In this document: positions 8,726 to 18,075 of the stretch, piece after piece
Layout of the letters: each line of letters opens with the position of its first letter
Position numbering within the stretch: the stretch's first letter is position 1
DNA from: a virus
Lineage: Duplodnaviria; Caudoviricetes
Direction: 5' to 3' (one strand)
DNA length: 39,957 nucleotides
Virus record (IMG/VR): IMGVR_UViG_3300029821_000130
Span: 1-39,957 of that record
Notes under the pieces: generated by a model
What the model saw: the letters and a program-made list of their open reading frames with translations, nothing else
Told to the model about the DNA's origin: nothing
Databases searched by the model: none
Position numbers and translations under genes: made by a program

Positions 8726-9232
8726 ATGTATACTACAACTGAAAACCGCACCATCAAACTGGTTCTCCGTAAATCAAGCTCCGAGAACTATCTGAGATTT
8801 GTATTTAATTCCCCGGCCGGGCAACCGGTTATTATAACCAGGGATCACGAGCTTGGGCAATATCTATTCTCCAGGGTGCGAACCGGTGGCAGTGTCAGGT
8901 ACCGGAAACCCGATTTTGAAGGAATAGAAATCAACCTGATTATGCCGGCCCACGGAAACGACTGCGGACGTCATAAATTTAGCCTTTACAGTCAGGAAGA
9001 TATGGTCCGTATAAATGACTTTATTGAAAGCTGTGCATACCTCGACTTTCGAATGATGGTGCAAACCGGAAACATTGATCTGAAGATGGATAAAAAAACT
9101 GTCATCAGCATTTATTCCGACCTCTTTTATGGTGAGGATAAATACGAAATGTTGAAGAAAGATGAGTACCGGAAGCGTAAAAAGATAAAGGAGTTACTTC
9201 AAAACGCTGCCAAATGGTTGAATTACAAGTAA
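8726..9232 (+). CDS. Hypothetical basic protein at the early/late boundary (candidate late transcription activator)
   Basis: 168 aa with a helical basic C-terminus (YRKRKKIKE). The function is inferred from position only. Confidence 0.7.
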   Translation: MYTTTENRTIKLVLRKSSSENYLRFVFNSPAGQPVIITRDHELGQYLFSRVRTGGSVRYRKPDFEGIEINLIMPAHGNDCGRHKFSLYSQEDMVRINDFIESCAYLDFRMMVQTGNIDLKMDKKTVISIYSDLFYGEDKYEMLKKDEYRKRKKIKELLQNAAKWLNYK

Positions 9233-9297
9233 TAAAATAATTTATCAGTGATTTGTCCCCTTTAGGGTGCCAAATCGCTGATTTAAACCCTGCAAAT

Positions 9298-9687
9298 ATG
9301 TTAGTAATCGAAATCGCTTACAAGTATGAATCCGGAGAGGCATACACCCTATTGCCGATTAGGCTGATGTCCGGTTCAATTTCACTTCAGGGTTCACCCT
9401 CCAGATCCGGATTTAATGAACAGGCTGAATGCAATGCTTATATACCCTATTTATCTGATGAGATGGATGCGGTTATTTTCAAACTCTCAAAACTGGGTGG
9501 TATCTTCATAGTTAAGGATACAAGTAACCTATTCCACGAGCTAGGCAATGACGAGGTAAAAGCAATGTTGAAATATAAACGGATCAATCCTGGACAGCCT
9601 GGCGGAAAGTATGGGTATGAATTACAAATTACATTTTCTTCACCCTCCGGAATACCTGTTCAGTCCTTTAACAGCTCTGCTTCATAA
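9298..9687 (+). CDS. Putative structural protein, tail-tube-like paralogue of 11936..12523
   Basis: Likely start ATG 9298. The C-terminal ~42 aa align without gaps to the 195-aa protein. Confidence 0.65.
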   Translation: MLVIEIAYKYESGEAYTLLPIRLMSGSISLQGSPSRSGFNEQAECNAYIPYLSDEMDAVIFKLSKLGGIFIVKDTSNLFHELGNDEVKAMLKYKRINPGQPGGKYGYELQITFSSPSGIPVQSFNSSAS

Positions 9688-9697
9688 TATAATATTG
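9663..9697 (+). promoter_or_regulatory. Putative late promoter 1 (GTCCTTT-N20-TAATATTG)
   Basis: One of six copies with identical 20-nt spacing; precedes the protease/capsid genes. Confidence 0.7.
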
Positions 9698-9714
9698 TAG
9701 AAACAAATTTATTC

Positions 9715-10959
9715 ATGATGCGGGCATTTCAACCACACTTAGTTTCTGCGATTCTCACCGAACCTTGGGCGATCTATGAAAAGGTAGTTTCAGACTATGC
9801 ACCAATTGTGCTTAACATTCTGAATAAGGATGTTGTTTTTGATGCCGGTGAACCAGTTTTACCGAGTGCAATAAGTGTAAATGCACGAAATTCATCAGGA
9901 TCAGTTTCACCTTCCAGTGATCCTGTTAATGTTTCCGTAATCACCATTGCCGGCCCTCTGACAAAAAACGATCAGTTTTGCGGTCCGGCCGGTACCAAAA
10001 GCATCGGTAACTGGATAAAGCAGGCAGATAAAGATCCTTCAATTGGTGCTATAGTTTTAAATATCGACAGTCCTGGTGGAACTGTCAATGGTACCGAAGA
10101 ACTCGGTAACATCATCAGGCAAACAAAAAAGCCAATAATTGCATTTATTGAAGATATGGCTGCTTCAGCTGCCTATTGGTTAGCTGCAGCATGCGATGAA
10201 ATCATCGCAAATAATTCAACTGCCCAGGTTGGAAGTATTGGCGTACTTACGTCATTCATGGATATGCAGCCGGCACTTGAATTGCAGGGTTACAAATTCC
10301 ATTTGATCACAGCTCCTCAGTCAACCGACAAAGTAAAAACCTGGCAACAGTTAAGGTCAGGAAATTATGAAGAGTACAAAGAAAATGTACTGAAACCCCT
10401 GGCTCAGAAATTTATTGATTCCGTTAAATCCGACAGGCCATCAGCTGAAGACAAACACTTCACAGCTGATATTTATTTTGCCCAGGATGTTGTGGGATCT
10501 TTGATTGACAAAATTGGAAACTTTGATTCTGCAGTATCAAGAGCTGCTGAATTATCACTTACATCAGCCTACTTACCCAATCCCAATACCAAATTAAATA
10601 TGAACAAACCTGATCTGAAGAGGCTTGCAAAAGCTTCAGGAGTGCCAACACTCGAGAGTGTTGATGGCTCCATCACTCTTACTGCTGAACAGGCTGTAGC
10701 TGTTGAAGGTGCTCTTGAGGCGCATGAAACATCTAATGCAACCTTGTCTCAGAAAGTAACGGACTCTTCCAACCAGCAGGCGCGAGTTACTGAACTTGAA
10801 GGACAACTTCAGACAGCAAACGAGCGTATTGCGGAACTCGAAAAAGATCCTGCAGAAACAACTGCTGATCTTAACAAAGAAACCGATGCCAATGGCGGAG
10901 GGGTAAATGATGAATCATTCTTCGCACGTCTAGGACGTCTTTCTAACCAGAACAAATAA
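9715..10959 (+). CDS. S49 (SppA/ClpP-like) prohead protease with C-terminal scaffold-like coiled coil
   Basis: LNIDSPGG, MAASAAYWLA and VGSIGV motifs; directly upstream of the capsid gene. Confidence 0.9.
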   Translation: MMRAFQPHLVSAILTEPWAIYEKVVSDYAPIVLNILNKDVVFDAGEPVLPSAISVNARNSSGSVSPSSDPVNVSVITIAGPLTKNDQFCGPAGTKSIGNWIKQADKDPSIGAIVLNIDSPGGTVNGTEELGNIIRQTKKPIIAFIEDMAASAAYWLAAACDEIIANNSTAQVGSIGVLTSFMDMQPALELQGYKFHLITAPQSTDKVKTWQQLRSGNYEEYKENVLKPLAQKFIDSVKSDRPSAEDKHFTADIYFAQDVVGSLIDKIGNFDSAVSRAAELSLTSAYLPNPNTKLNMNKPDLKRLAKASGVPTLESVDGSITLTAEQAVAVEGALEAHETSNATLSQKVTDSSNQQARVTELEGQLQTANERIAELEKDPAETTADLNKETDANGGGVNDESFFARLGRLSNQNK

Positions 10960-10964
10960 TTAAA

Positions 10965-11936
10965 ATGTCAGTTGCAATTCATGAATTATTGATTGCTGCA
11001 GGTACAAAGTACCGCAAAGATCTTCTCACCATGCCCGTTGCCGAGCTGGCTCCTATTCTCAGATACATGTCGCTTAAAACCGGTATGCAGGGAAAAGAAG
11101 TTGGCGGTATTCTTACCACCGATGCTCAGCTGAGGCCATATCGCACCGATAAGGGCGCGAGCGACAATACCACTATCAATCCATTCGAATGGGAAACATT
11201 CCTTGGTGACGTGGTAAAAGAGTTTGACCCAAATGCCATTCTTGGCACACTCTACACCGAGGCAACTTCAAAGAAGCCCGATCAGCGCGAAATTGCACGC
11301 CTTGTTGCCATGGAAATGGCCCGCAAGGTTGGCGAAGCTCTTCGCCAGAATATGTTTACTGCTGTGCGTGATGGCGCTGGTGATACCACTGCCGATCTCT
11401 TCGACGGGTTTAGTACTCTTTTAACAAAAGCGATAGCAGCAAATAAACTTACTGCAGCGCTCAACAACTATCAGGATCTTACCAGTGAAGCAATGACCAG
11501 TGCAAACTGTGGTGACATTCTGAAGGAATCATACCGTTCAATGAATTCATTGCTCAAAGGTCGCCCTGTTAACCTGTATCTTCCTGATTCAGTACTCGAC
11601 ATGTACGAGGATTGGTATCAGATTGAGCATGGTCACGCTCCATGGAATGATGGTTTTGATCAGAGCAAGAAAACACTCGTCGGTTCACGCGGAAAATGTT
11701 CTTTCGTTCCTCTCGACAATATGGAGGGACAGCCTTACGCAATCTTCACTGTTAAAGAAAACATGAAGGTTGGTGTTGACCAGGAATCCGATAAGGAAAC
11801 CGTTGAAATTCGCCGTCCTGACAATCCAAAACTTGTTCAGTTCTTCATGATGGCCTACTTTGGAGTAGGATTTGAAACCCTCGACAAGAGGTTTATGAAT
11901 GTAATCGAAATCAACACAGGAGAGGAGGCCAGCTAA
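10965..11936 (+). CDS. Major capsid protein (probable)
   Basis: 323 aa directly after the protease; DLFDGF motif; size and position fit an HK97-fold capsid protein. Confidence 0.75.
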   Translation: MSVAIHELLIAAGTKYRKDLLTMPVAELAPILRYMSLKTGMQGKEVGGILTTDAQLRPYRTDKGASDNTTINPFEWETFLGDVVKEFDPNAILGTLYTEATSKKPDQREIARLVAMEMARKVGEALRQNMFTAVRDGAGDTTADLFDGFSTLLTKAIAANKLTAALNNYQDLTSEAMTSANCGDILKESYRSMNSLLKGRPVNLYLPDSVLDMYEDWYQIEHGHAPWNDGFDQSKKTLVGSRGKCSFVPLDNMEGQPYAIFTVKENMKVGVDQESDKETVEIRRPDNPKLVQFFMMAYFGVGFETLDKRFMNVIEINTGEEAS

Positions 11937-12523
11937 TGTCACTATTTGCAAGTCTTCCCTGGAATGATGGCCAGATTAACCCATCAGGGATAAAAACAAC
12001 CATTTACTGGATTCCAAAATCCCAGTTAGCACGCCCTTTGCCTAAGGTAAATCCGGCACCTGTTACACCAGCTGAGAACACAAGCCTCAGCGGCGATTTT
12101 GAACCAACCGGAGCCAATAAGTGGAAAAAGTTGTACACCACCCAGGGAAAGGGTAAAGTGTTTTTCGAACCGGTAGGGGAGAAGGATCATAAGATGTTCT
12201 TGAATAAAGGAACATTTTCTTTCCCCGATATCTCACCTGAAGCGCTGAGCCTGGCAAAGCAGACTATCAATAGCAATATTGTTATGGTTGTACCTATGCC
12301 ACACGAAACTGAAAAACGGTTTGTTGTACTCGGCGATGAGGATTATGATGTTACCGTGAGCACAAAAGGCGATTCAGGAGATGCTCCCGGATCAGCTAAA
12401 GGATTAATAATTGAAATCGAAGTTCCATCAAGTACTCCTTTGCCATATTATAAGGGTATACTCGAGCTTGAGGATGGAACATTAGATTGTGAGACCGGAG
12501 TATTTACTCCTAACGCATCTTAA
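11936..12523 (+). CDS. Probable major tail (tube) protein
   Basis: 195 aa, beta-rich, coupled to the capsid gene and followed by a strong terminator, as expected for a high-copy structural protein. Confidence 0.6.
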   Translation: MSLFASLPWNDGQINPSGIKTTIYWIPKSQLARPLPKVNPAPVTPAENTSLSGDFEPTGANKWKKLYTTQGKGKVFFEPVGEKDHKMFLNKGTFSFPDISPEALSLAKQTINSNIVMVVPMPHETEKRFVVLGDEDYDVTVSTKGDSGDAPGSAKGLIIEIEVPSSTPLPYYKGILELEDGTLDCETGVFTPNAS

Positions 12524-12546
12524 TTGATGCTTGCGATTCAATGTTG

Positions 12547-12578
12547 AAGCCCTGCCCTGATGGGCAGGGCTTTTTTTT
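12547..12578 (+). terminator. Rho-independent terminator
   Basis: AAGCCCTGCCC-TGAT-GGGCAGGGCTT followed by a T run. Confidence 0.9.
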
Positions 12579-12592
12579 AAAACCCCAACCCT

Positions 12593-13342
12593 ATGAACCT
12601 TAAAGAACAAATTAAAGAATGGTTAGAATCTGAAGAAAAAGACTTCAACCAGGGATTACAGCTCTATATTGAAGCTTCCCACAACCGCAGTGTAATGCTT
12701 TACCTGCAGAGAAAAAACAATCATGAAAAACTTACTTATGAGCTGAATAAGCTTTTAAAGCAAGTTCCTGCACGGCTTGAAAAGCAGCAGGCCATTCCAT
12801 TCGCCTCCAAGGCAAATATTACCAACAAAAAATCCCGGAATCGGGTCGAAAAATCTTCCACACATAAAATACTTCAGCCACGAAAAATCGACAGGGAGAA
12901 ACTACCTGAAGATTTACAAAAGGTTTACGATTCAGTTGGAGATCAGTATAAGATCCAGCGCAATCTTCATGAAAAGATGAAGCTGGCCGAGACCGATGAA
13001 TCCCGGGCTCAGTTGCGTGAACAACTTGTTGAAGTTGATGACTACATTTCAAAGGCATGGAATGCCATTGATTTGTTTATCAAAACAGGCCAGGAGCCAA
13101 AATCCGAAGATAAAAAGGACGTTGATAAACTAAAGGCAATTAATTCAGCACGTTCATACATCAGCAAAGGATTAAATGCGCTTGAGAAGCTCACTGACAA
13201 GAAAAAGGAAGAGCGTATTGCTGCAATTTGCGAACGTGTAGATCTGCTCATTAAACTTGATGTATCTGTTAAAGCCGAAACCAGGGCTGAACTCATCAGG
13301 CAGAATGTAATAAAAGAAAACAGCAAGCTGAAGGTTGACTAA
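12593..13342 (+). CDS. Hypothetical helical phage protein
   Basis: 249-aa charged alpha-helical ORF in the late region. Confidence 0.8.
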   Translation: MNLKEQIKEWLESEEKDFNQGLQLYIEASHNRSVMLYLQRKNNHEKLTYELNKLLKQVPARLEKQQAIPFASKANITNKKSRNRVEKSSTHKILQPRKIDREKLPEDLQKVYDSVGDQYKIQRNLHEKMKLAETDESRAQLREQLVEVDDYISKAWNAIDLFIKTGQEPKSEDKKDVDKLKAINSARSYISKGLNALEKLTDKKKEERIAAICERVDLLIKLDVSVKAETRAELIRQNVIKENSKLKVD

Positions 13343-13353
13343 AATATTTAACC

Positions 13354-14787
13354 ATGCAGCCTTGTAAAATAGCCGTATTGATCACCACGCACCAGCGTGC
13401 CGGTATGCTCCTGGATCTGCTCACGCAATTAAGTGAGCAGCGCCGGGAGCATATTATTTACCCAATCATTGCCATTGATGGACCACAGCCCGGGTATGAT
13501 GAAGTTTTAAAATATCTGGAAACCGGCTTTCAGCATCACAGTTTACTTGTTAATGCTGAAAATGGTGGTAAAGCCAGATATTGGGAGCTGATTAACTTGC
13601 TTTTTGCTGAAGCGCAACGAATGAATGAAATTTATTCGTTTGATTATTTTATTCAGCTACCTGATGATATTTCAATTGCTCCCGATTTTTTCAATGAGGC
13701 AATTCATCAATACAGAGCGATTGCAGATCCCCGGGCAATATGTCTAAACCTTCTCAATGATGGCAGAACACAAACCGGATGGACCAGCATACAGCCCAAG
13801 GATGTATCATATAGCAGATACGGTTTTATTCGCACTGGATGGGTTGATATGTGCTACATTTCAACATCACGATTCTTTGAGCAGCTGCATTATAAAATCA
13901 AACCGGTTAGTCTCAACTGGAGTGCAGATCCAGCCCGATCGAGCGGAGTGGGCATGCAGATAAGCAAGCGGCTCACAGCTCAGGGATATAATATGTTCAT
14001 GGTTTTTTATAGTCTGGTAGATCATGGCATCCATACAAGCCAGATGCATCCGCAGCATCGTAAAGAAGTGCCTCTTATTGCAAAGATTAAGCAGCCTCGG
14101 GATAAAGTAACTGCAGGCATGGCAACCATCCCGGGAAGAGAAAAGTGTTTGCGCGATGCAGTAAACAGCATCATTAACCAGGTTGATGAACTGATTATTA
14201 CTTTGAATGGTCATCAATCAATTCCTGATTTTCTGAAACACGAAAAAATTAAAGTGATATCAGATCCGGGGAACTCCCGGGGAGATGCCGCAAAGTTTGC
14301 GATTCTGGGCGCTCAGGGCTATTTATTTACGCTTGATGATGATTTGATCTATCCATCAGATTATATCGCCAGAATGATCGCCAAAATCGATTTTTACGGC
14401 CGAAAAGCTTTGATTTGCCATCATGGTAGGTTTTTCCATAATTTTCCGGTGAAATCTTACTATCATTCACCGGCCAGAATTGTACGCTGCACAGATCATA
14501 ACCATAAAGACCAGGTGCTCCATATCCCGGGTACCGGTGTTTCAGGCTGGCACAGCTCAACACTTCCGCACCTGGCCATCAATCATTTTTATGTTCCCAA
14601 TATGAGTGATATCTGGATGGGCATTTATTGTAAAATCAATGATGTTCAGGTTATCGGTTGCGAACACAAAAAATACTGGATCCTGGAGAATTCTGCTTAC
14701 GATCGCAAAGGTGCAATTTATGCACGTTACAACCGTAACGATGCATTTCAAACTCTATCCATAAACTCTATAGAATGGATGCAATAA
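13354..14787 (+). CDS. Tandem two-domain GT-A (GT2-like) glycosyltransferase
   Basis: Domain 1: IAVLITTHQR...IAIDG...IQLPDD. Domain 2: GMATIPGR...SIINQVD...GDAAKF...FTLDDDLIYP...PGTG...MSDIW. Confidence 0.8.
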   Translation: MQPCKIAVLITTHQRAGMLLDLLTQLSEQRREHIIYPIIAIDGPQPGYDEVLKYLETGFQHHSLLVNAENGGKARYWELINLLFAEAQRMNEIYSFDYFIQLPDDISIAPDFFNEAIHQYRAIADPRAICLNLLNDGRTQTGWTSIQPKDVSYSRYGFIRTGWVDMCYISTSRFFEQLHYKIKPVSLNWSADPARSSGVGMQISKRLTAQGYNMFMVFYSLVDHGIHTSQMHPQHRKEVPLIAKIKQPRDKVTAGMATIPGREKCLRDAVNSIINQVDELIITLNGHQSIPDFLKHEKIKVISDPGNSRGDAAKFAILGAQGYLFTLDDDLIYPSDYIARMIAKIDFYGRKALICHHGRFFHNFPVKSYYHSPARIVRCTDHNHKDQVLHIPGTGVSGWHSSTLPHLAINHFYVPNMSDIWMGIYCKINDVQVIGCEHKKYWILENSAYDRKGAIYARYNRNDAFQTLSINSIEWMQ

Positions 14788-15236
14788 CATGGATAGATAG
14801 CTCCATTGGCATTTACCTGGATAATAAAATACAGGCTCATCATATTTTTGATCTTATGATCAGCGAGCTTCAAACTGCTGATGAGCTTGTTATAAGTTCA
14901 TTTGCCATCACTGAAGCTTGGGTGCGCCGGTTGATCCGGAATAAAGAAAAGTTGAATCACATCATTCTTGTTCTTGATTTTACAGTTGCTTCCAGGAAAG
15001 CAAGAAACACTGATTTTGCTGCACAGAATGTAAATGAACTGTACCTCACAAAGCAGCACAGCAAAACCATTTACATGCGATCCGGGAACCGGCAATTGCT
15101 TGCACTCATCAGCAACAATGCAACAAATAACCAACGGTTTGAATCCGGAGTGGTTTTCCGGGACCACCCGGCAATAAATGTTTACCTGCAGAAACTAGAA
15201 ACAGTTAAAAAAGAGAGTGCCATATGGAGGATCTGA
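14775..15236 (+). CDS. Single-domain phospholipase D-like (HxK) protein, possible nuclease
   Basis: LVISSFAI...LVLD...QHSKTI...ISNNATNNQRFE resembles the PLD HxK...GSxN...N.E pattern. Confidence 0.65.
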   Translation: MDAITWIDSSIGIYLDNKIQAHHIFDLMISELQTADELVISSFAITEAWVRRLIRNKEKLNHIILVLDFTVASRKARNTDFAAQNVNELYLTKQHSKTIYMRSGNRQLLALISNNATNNQRFESGVVFRDHPAINVYLQKLETVKKESAIWRI

Positions 15237-15487
15237 GTAAGATAGAAGAATATGCCGGCTTGTTTCTTACCATCGATGAAATAGCAATTTTGCTGGATTT
15301 AGATCCGGCTGAGCTCAGGCGCGATATCAGGCATGGCAAAAGCGCCCGGGCACGAGCATACAACAAAGGTAAGATTCAAAGCATACTTGAAGTTCGCCGG
15401 CAAACGGTTGAGTTTGCAAAGAAAGGATCTCCTGCAGCTGAAGAACTGGTAAACACTTACATAATAAACCAGAAGAAAAATGAGTAG
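15224..15487 (+). CDS. Small HTH-like protein (possible terminase small subunit or part of it)
   Basis: LTIDEIAILLDLDPAEL is HTH-like; located upstream of terL. Confidence 0.6.
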   Translation: MEDLSKIEEYAGLFLTIDEIAILLDLDPAELRRDIRHGKSARARAYNKGKIQSILEVRRQTVEFAKKGSPAAEELVNTYIINQKKNE

Positions 15488-16076
15488 GAAAAAGAACCTC
15501 GATAAATTCCAGGAGTTGATGTTTCGCGACATGAACGAAATCACCGGATTAACACCGGTGGAAGTTCAGCAGCTGCGCCGCTATAGGTTTGCTTTCACTA
15601 TGTTGCTCGATAATCCTTCGCTGCCTGACAATTTGCTTAAAGATCATTTGATTGCAGAATACGATATAAGCGAAAGCCAGGCTTATCGTGACTTATCTAA
15701 CATGAAGGTTATTTTGCCAAATATCAAAAATGCCGGTAAGGAGTGGATTAGATATATTGTGAATGAAGAGCTGAAGGAAGCAATTGGGGAAGCCAAGGCA
15801 AGTAACAAGCTCAAAGAAAGGATACTGGCTGTTGCTGCCCTGGCTAAATATAACCGTCTTGATCAGCTGGATGAGGAGGAGATGCCATGGGATGAAATTA
15901 TCCCGGTACCCATTGAACCCACAAATGATCCAACAGTACTCGGAGTGAAGCCACTCGAAAACAGGGATGAAGAGGTTAAGCGCTTAATTGACAAATACAG
16001 GGGAGAAATTGAAATTGAGGATATCGAATATCAGGATCTGAACGATGAGCCAGGAGAAAAAGAAAATATATTTTAA
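15480..16076 (+). CDS. Putative terminase small subunit
   Basis: 198 aa overlapping the terL start; HTH-like YDISESQAYRDL. Confidence 0.55.
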   Translation: MSRKKNLDKFQELMFRDMNEITGLTPVEVQQLRRYRFAFTMLLDNPSLPDNLLKDHLIAEYDISESQAYRDLSNMKVILPNIKNAGKEWIRYIVNEELKEAIGEAKASNKLKERILAVAALAKYNRLDQLDEEEMPWDEIIPVPIEPTNDPTVLGVKPLENRDEEVKRLIDKYRGEIEIEDIEYQDLNDEPGEKENIF

Positions 16077-17670
16077 CAATCCACAGTTGGAGTTTCGCTA
16101 TGTTGCTGCGCATACCAGTGTTTTCCTCGGTGGTCGGCGATTGGGTAAAACCCATGGAATTATCTCTCCCTGGTTGCAGCGAAATGCCCAACATATGCCC
16201 CGCTCCGGAGGCGGAATTATAGGATCCACTTTTCAGCAACTTTTAACCAGAACCTTGCCAGGCACATTTAAAGCGCTTGAAGATTCAGGTTATCGTCGCA
16301 ATGTGCATTATTTCATTGGCCGTAAACCTCCCAGTTCTGCAAGTTTCAAGGAACCGGTTATTAAACCAATTGGTTATGATCATGTAATCAGCTGGTATAA
16401 TGGTTCAGTTCAGTATTTAATTTCCCAGGATATTCCCGGATCCTCGAACTCGCTCACTCTGCAGTATATAATTGGCGATGAGGCGAAGTTTCTTGACTTC
16501 GATAAACTTAAAGATGAAACATTTCCGGCCAATGGTGGATTCAAAGGTCCATGGAAGAATTCTCCCTGGCTGAATAGTATGTTGTTTACTTCCGATATGC
16601 CCTCCAGCAAAAAAGGATCATGGCTTTTGAACTTTAAAGAAAAGATGGATCCGGAAGTAATTGATTCAATTAAATACCTAGTTTGGAAGATCTATGAACT
16701 CAAGCAAAAGCCAAAAACAGAATGGAACCTCCGGAAGCTGAAAGAATATAACCTGGAGCTTGCACAGCTGCGAAGCATTGCAGTTTATTACCGGGAAGTA
16801 TCAACCATTGAAAATATTGAACTGCTTGGTAAAAAGTACATAGCACAAATGAAGCGAGATCTGCCACCGCTTATTTTCCTGACTTCAATTATGTGCATCC
16901 GCCCGGGCAAACTCAAAGATGGTTTTTACCCTTCATTGCGCGAAAAGGTGCATTTTTACACAGCATTCAATAACAGTTATTTGCAGAATCTTGATTACGA
17001 TTTTGAAAAGGCTCAGGTACAATCATGCCTTCAGGATGCTGATGTGGATCTTCACAGGCCGATTTGCATTGCTTTTGATTACAATGCAAACATTAACTGG
17101 CTGGTTGCTGGCCAGGCTGATGGCATAAAGGCAAAGGTTCTGAAATCCTTTTATGTGAAGTATAACCGGAAACTTCGTGAGCTGGTTGATGACTTTTGCG
17201 AATACTACCGGCACCATCACTCCAGGGAAGTCACATACTATTATGACAGTACTGCCCTGGGCTCAAACTATGCAGTAAGCAATGAGGATTTTGCATCAGT
17301 AATCTGCAGTCAGTTTGAAAAGAACAAATGGACCATCAGGCGGGTATTTCTTGGAAACCCGGCCAAACACCATGAAAAGTATCTTATGATTGATCAGGGC
17401 TTGAAAGGACAGAAATATCTTTTGCCTATGCTCAATGTTGACAATAATGAAGCTCTGAAACTTGCGCTTGAACATACTGGTATCCGCATCGGTCCGAATG
17501 GATTCCAGAAAGATAAATCTGGCGAGAAGCTTGCCGAAACTGAAGAGGATCTACTCGAGCATAGAACTGATGGTACCGATGCTTTTGATACCCTGATGAT
17601 TGGAATGTTTCTATTACCTGATCACTCAAGTGGAATAGTACCTTATGGAACAAGTGCCAGTGAAATATGA
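16045..17670 (+). CDS. terL: Terminase large subunit
   Basis: Walker A GGRRLGKT, Walker B IIGDEA, RNase H-like nuclease acidic residues (IAFDYN, YYDST, TDGTDAFD). Confidence 0.9.
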   Translation: MSQEKKKIYFNNPQLEFRYVAAHTSVFLGGRRLGKTHGIISPWLQRNAQHMPRSGGGIIGSTFQQLLTRTLPGTFKALEDSGYRRNVHYFIGRKPPSSASFKEPVIKPIGYDHVISWYNGSVQYLISQDIPGSSNSLTLQYIIGDEAKFLDFDKLKDETFPANGGFKGPWKNSPWLNSMLFTSDMPSSKKGSWLLNFKEKMDPEVIDSIKYLVWKIYELKQKPKTEWNLRKLKEYNLELAQLRSIAVYYREVSTIENIELLGKKYIAQMKRDLPPLIFLTSIMCIRPGKLKDGFYPSLREKVHFYTAFNNSYLQNLDYDFEKAQVQSCLQDADVDLHRPICIAFDYNANINWLVAGQADGIKAKVLKSFYVKYNRKLRELVDDFCEYYRHHHSREVTYYYDSTALGSNYAVSNEDFASVICSQFEKNKWTIRRVFLGNPAKHHEKYLMIDQGLKGQKYLLPMLNVDNNEALKLALEHTGIRIGPNGFQKDKSGEKLAETEEDLLEHRTDGTDAFDTLMIGMFLLPDHSSGIVPYGTSASEI

Positions 17671-17694
17671 TGATAATAAATAGTAGTAAGATCC

Positions 17695-17887
17695 TAGCGG
17701 TTTGGCTCTTTTTCAGAGCGATAGCGGAGAAAAATGGATAAATAAATCCGGTAGAGCGTACAAACTTTCATGAAAGTTTATTTTTTTGCAAAAAAAATCC
17801 CGGCTTTTAGCAGGGGTACGCGGAACACCGCTTTATAAGCGCACCAAGGTCGTACAAGTCTTCTTGTACTCCCTGAGTGCTGCGGTT
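17695..17887. other. Palindrome/stem-rich non-coding element (candidate ncRNA or ssDNA signal)
   Basis: Perfect palindrome AAACTTTCATGAAAGTTT (17762-17779); T7-GC-A7 palindrome; nested stems GCAC/GTGC, CAGGG/CCTTG, GTACAAG/CTTGTAC, ACCGC/GCGGT. Confidence 0.45.
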
Positions 17888-17892
17888 ATTAT

Positions 17893-18075
17893 TTATAGTC
17901 CGGGGTCGGCATCAGAAAAGAAATAATCTTCAACCGGATTATTAAGATTGAATAAACAATCGTCGCACGTGTCCGGGTCTTCCATTTCTCCGGCTAAATA
18001 GCTTTTAAATTCTTCTTTTGAAAGCTTGAACGTGTCTCCGCAATAACGGCAATAAAATGAATTTTCTGTTGTCAT
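17893..18075 (-). CDS. Small Zn-ribbon protein
   Basis: CRYC...CDDC; coupled to the symE-like gene (ATGA). Confidence 0.7.
   Translation of the reverse strand: MTTENSFYCRYCGDTFKLSKEEFKSYLAGEMEDPDTCDDCLFNLNNPVEDYFFSDADPGL

Noticed and set aside
9255-9292. Possible seventh late promoter GTCCCCTTT...TAAACCCTG before ORF 9298
   Set aside because: Both halves deviate from the consensus and cannot be fitted cleanly at the 20-nt spacing; at best a degenerate copy.
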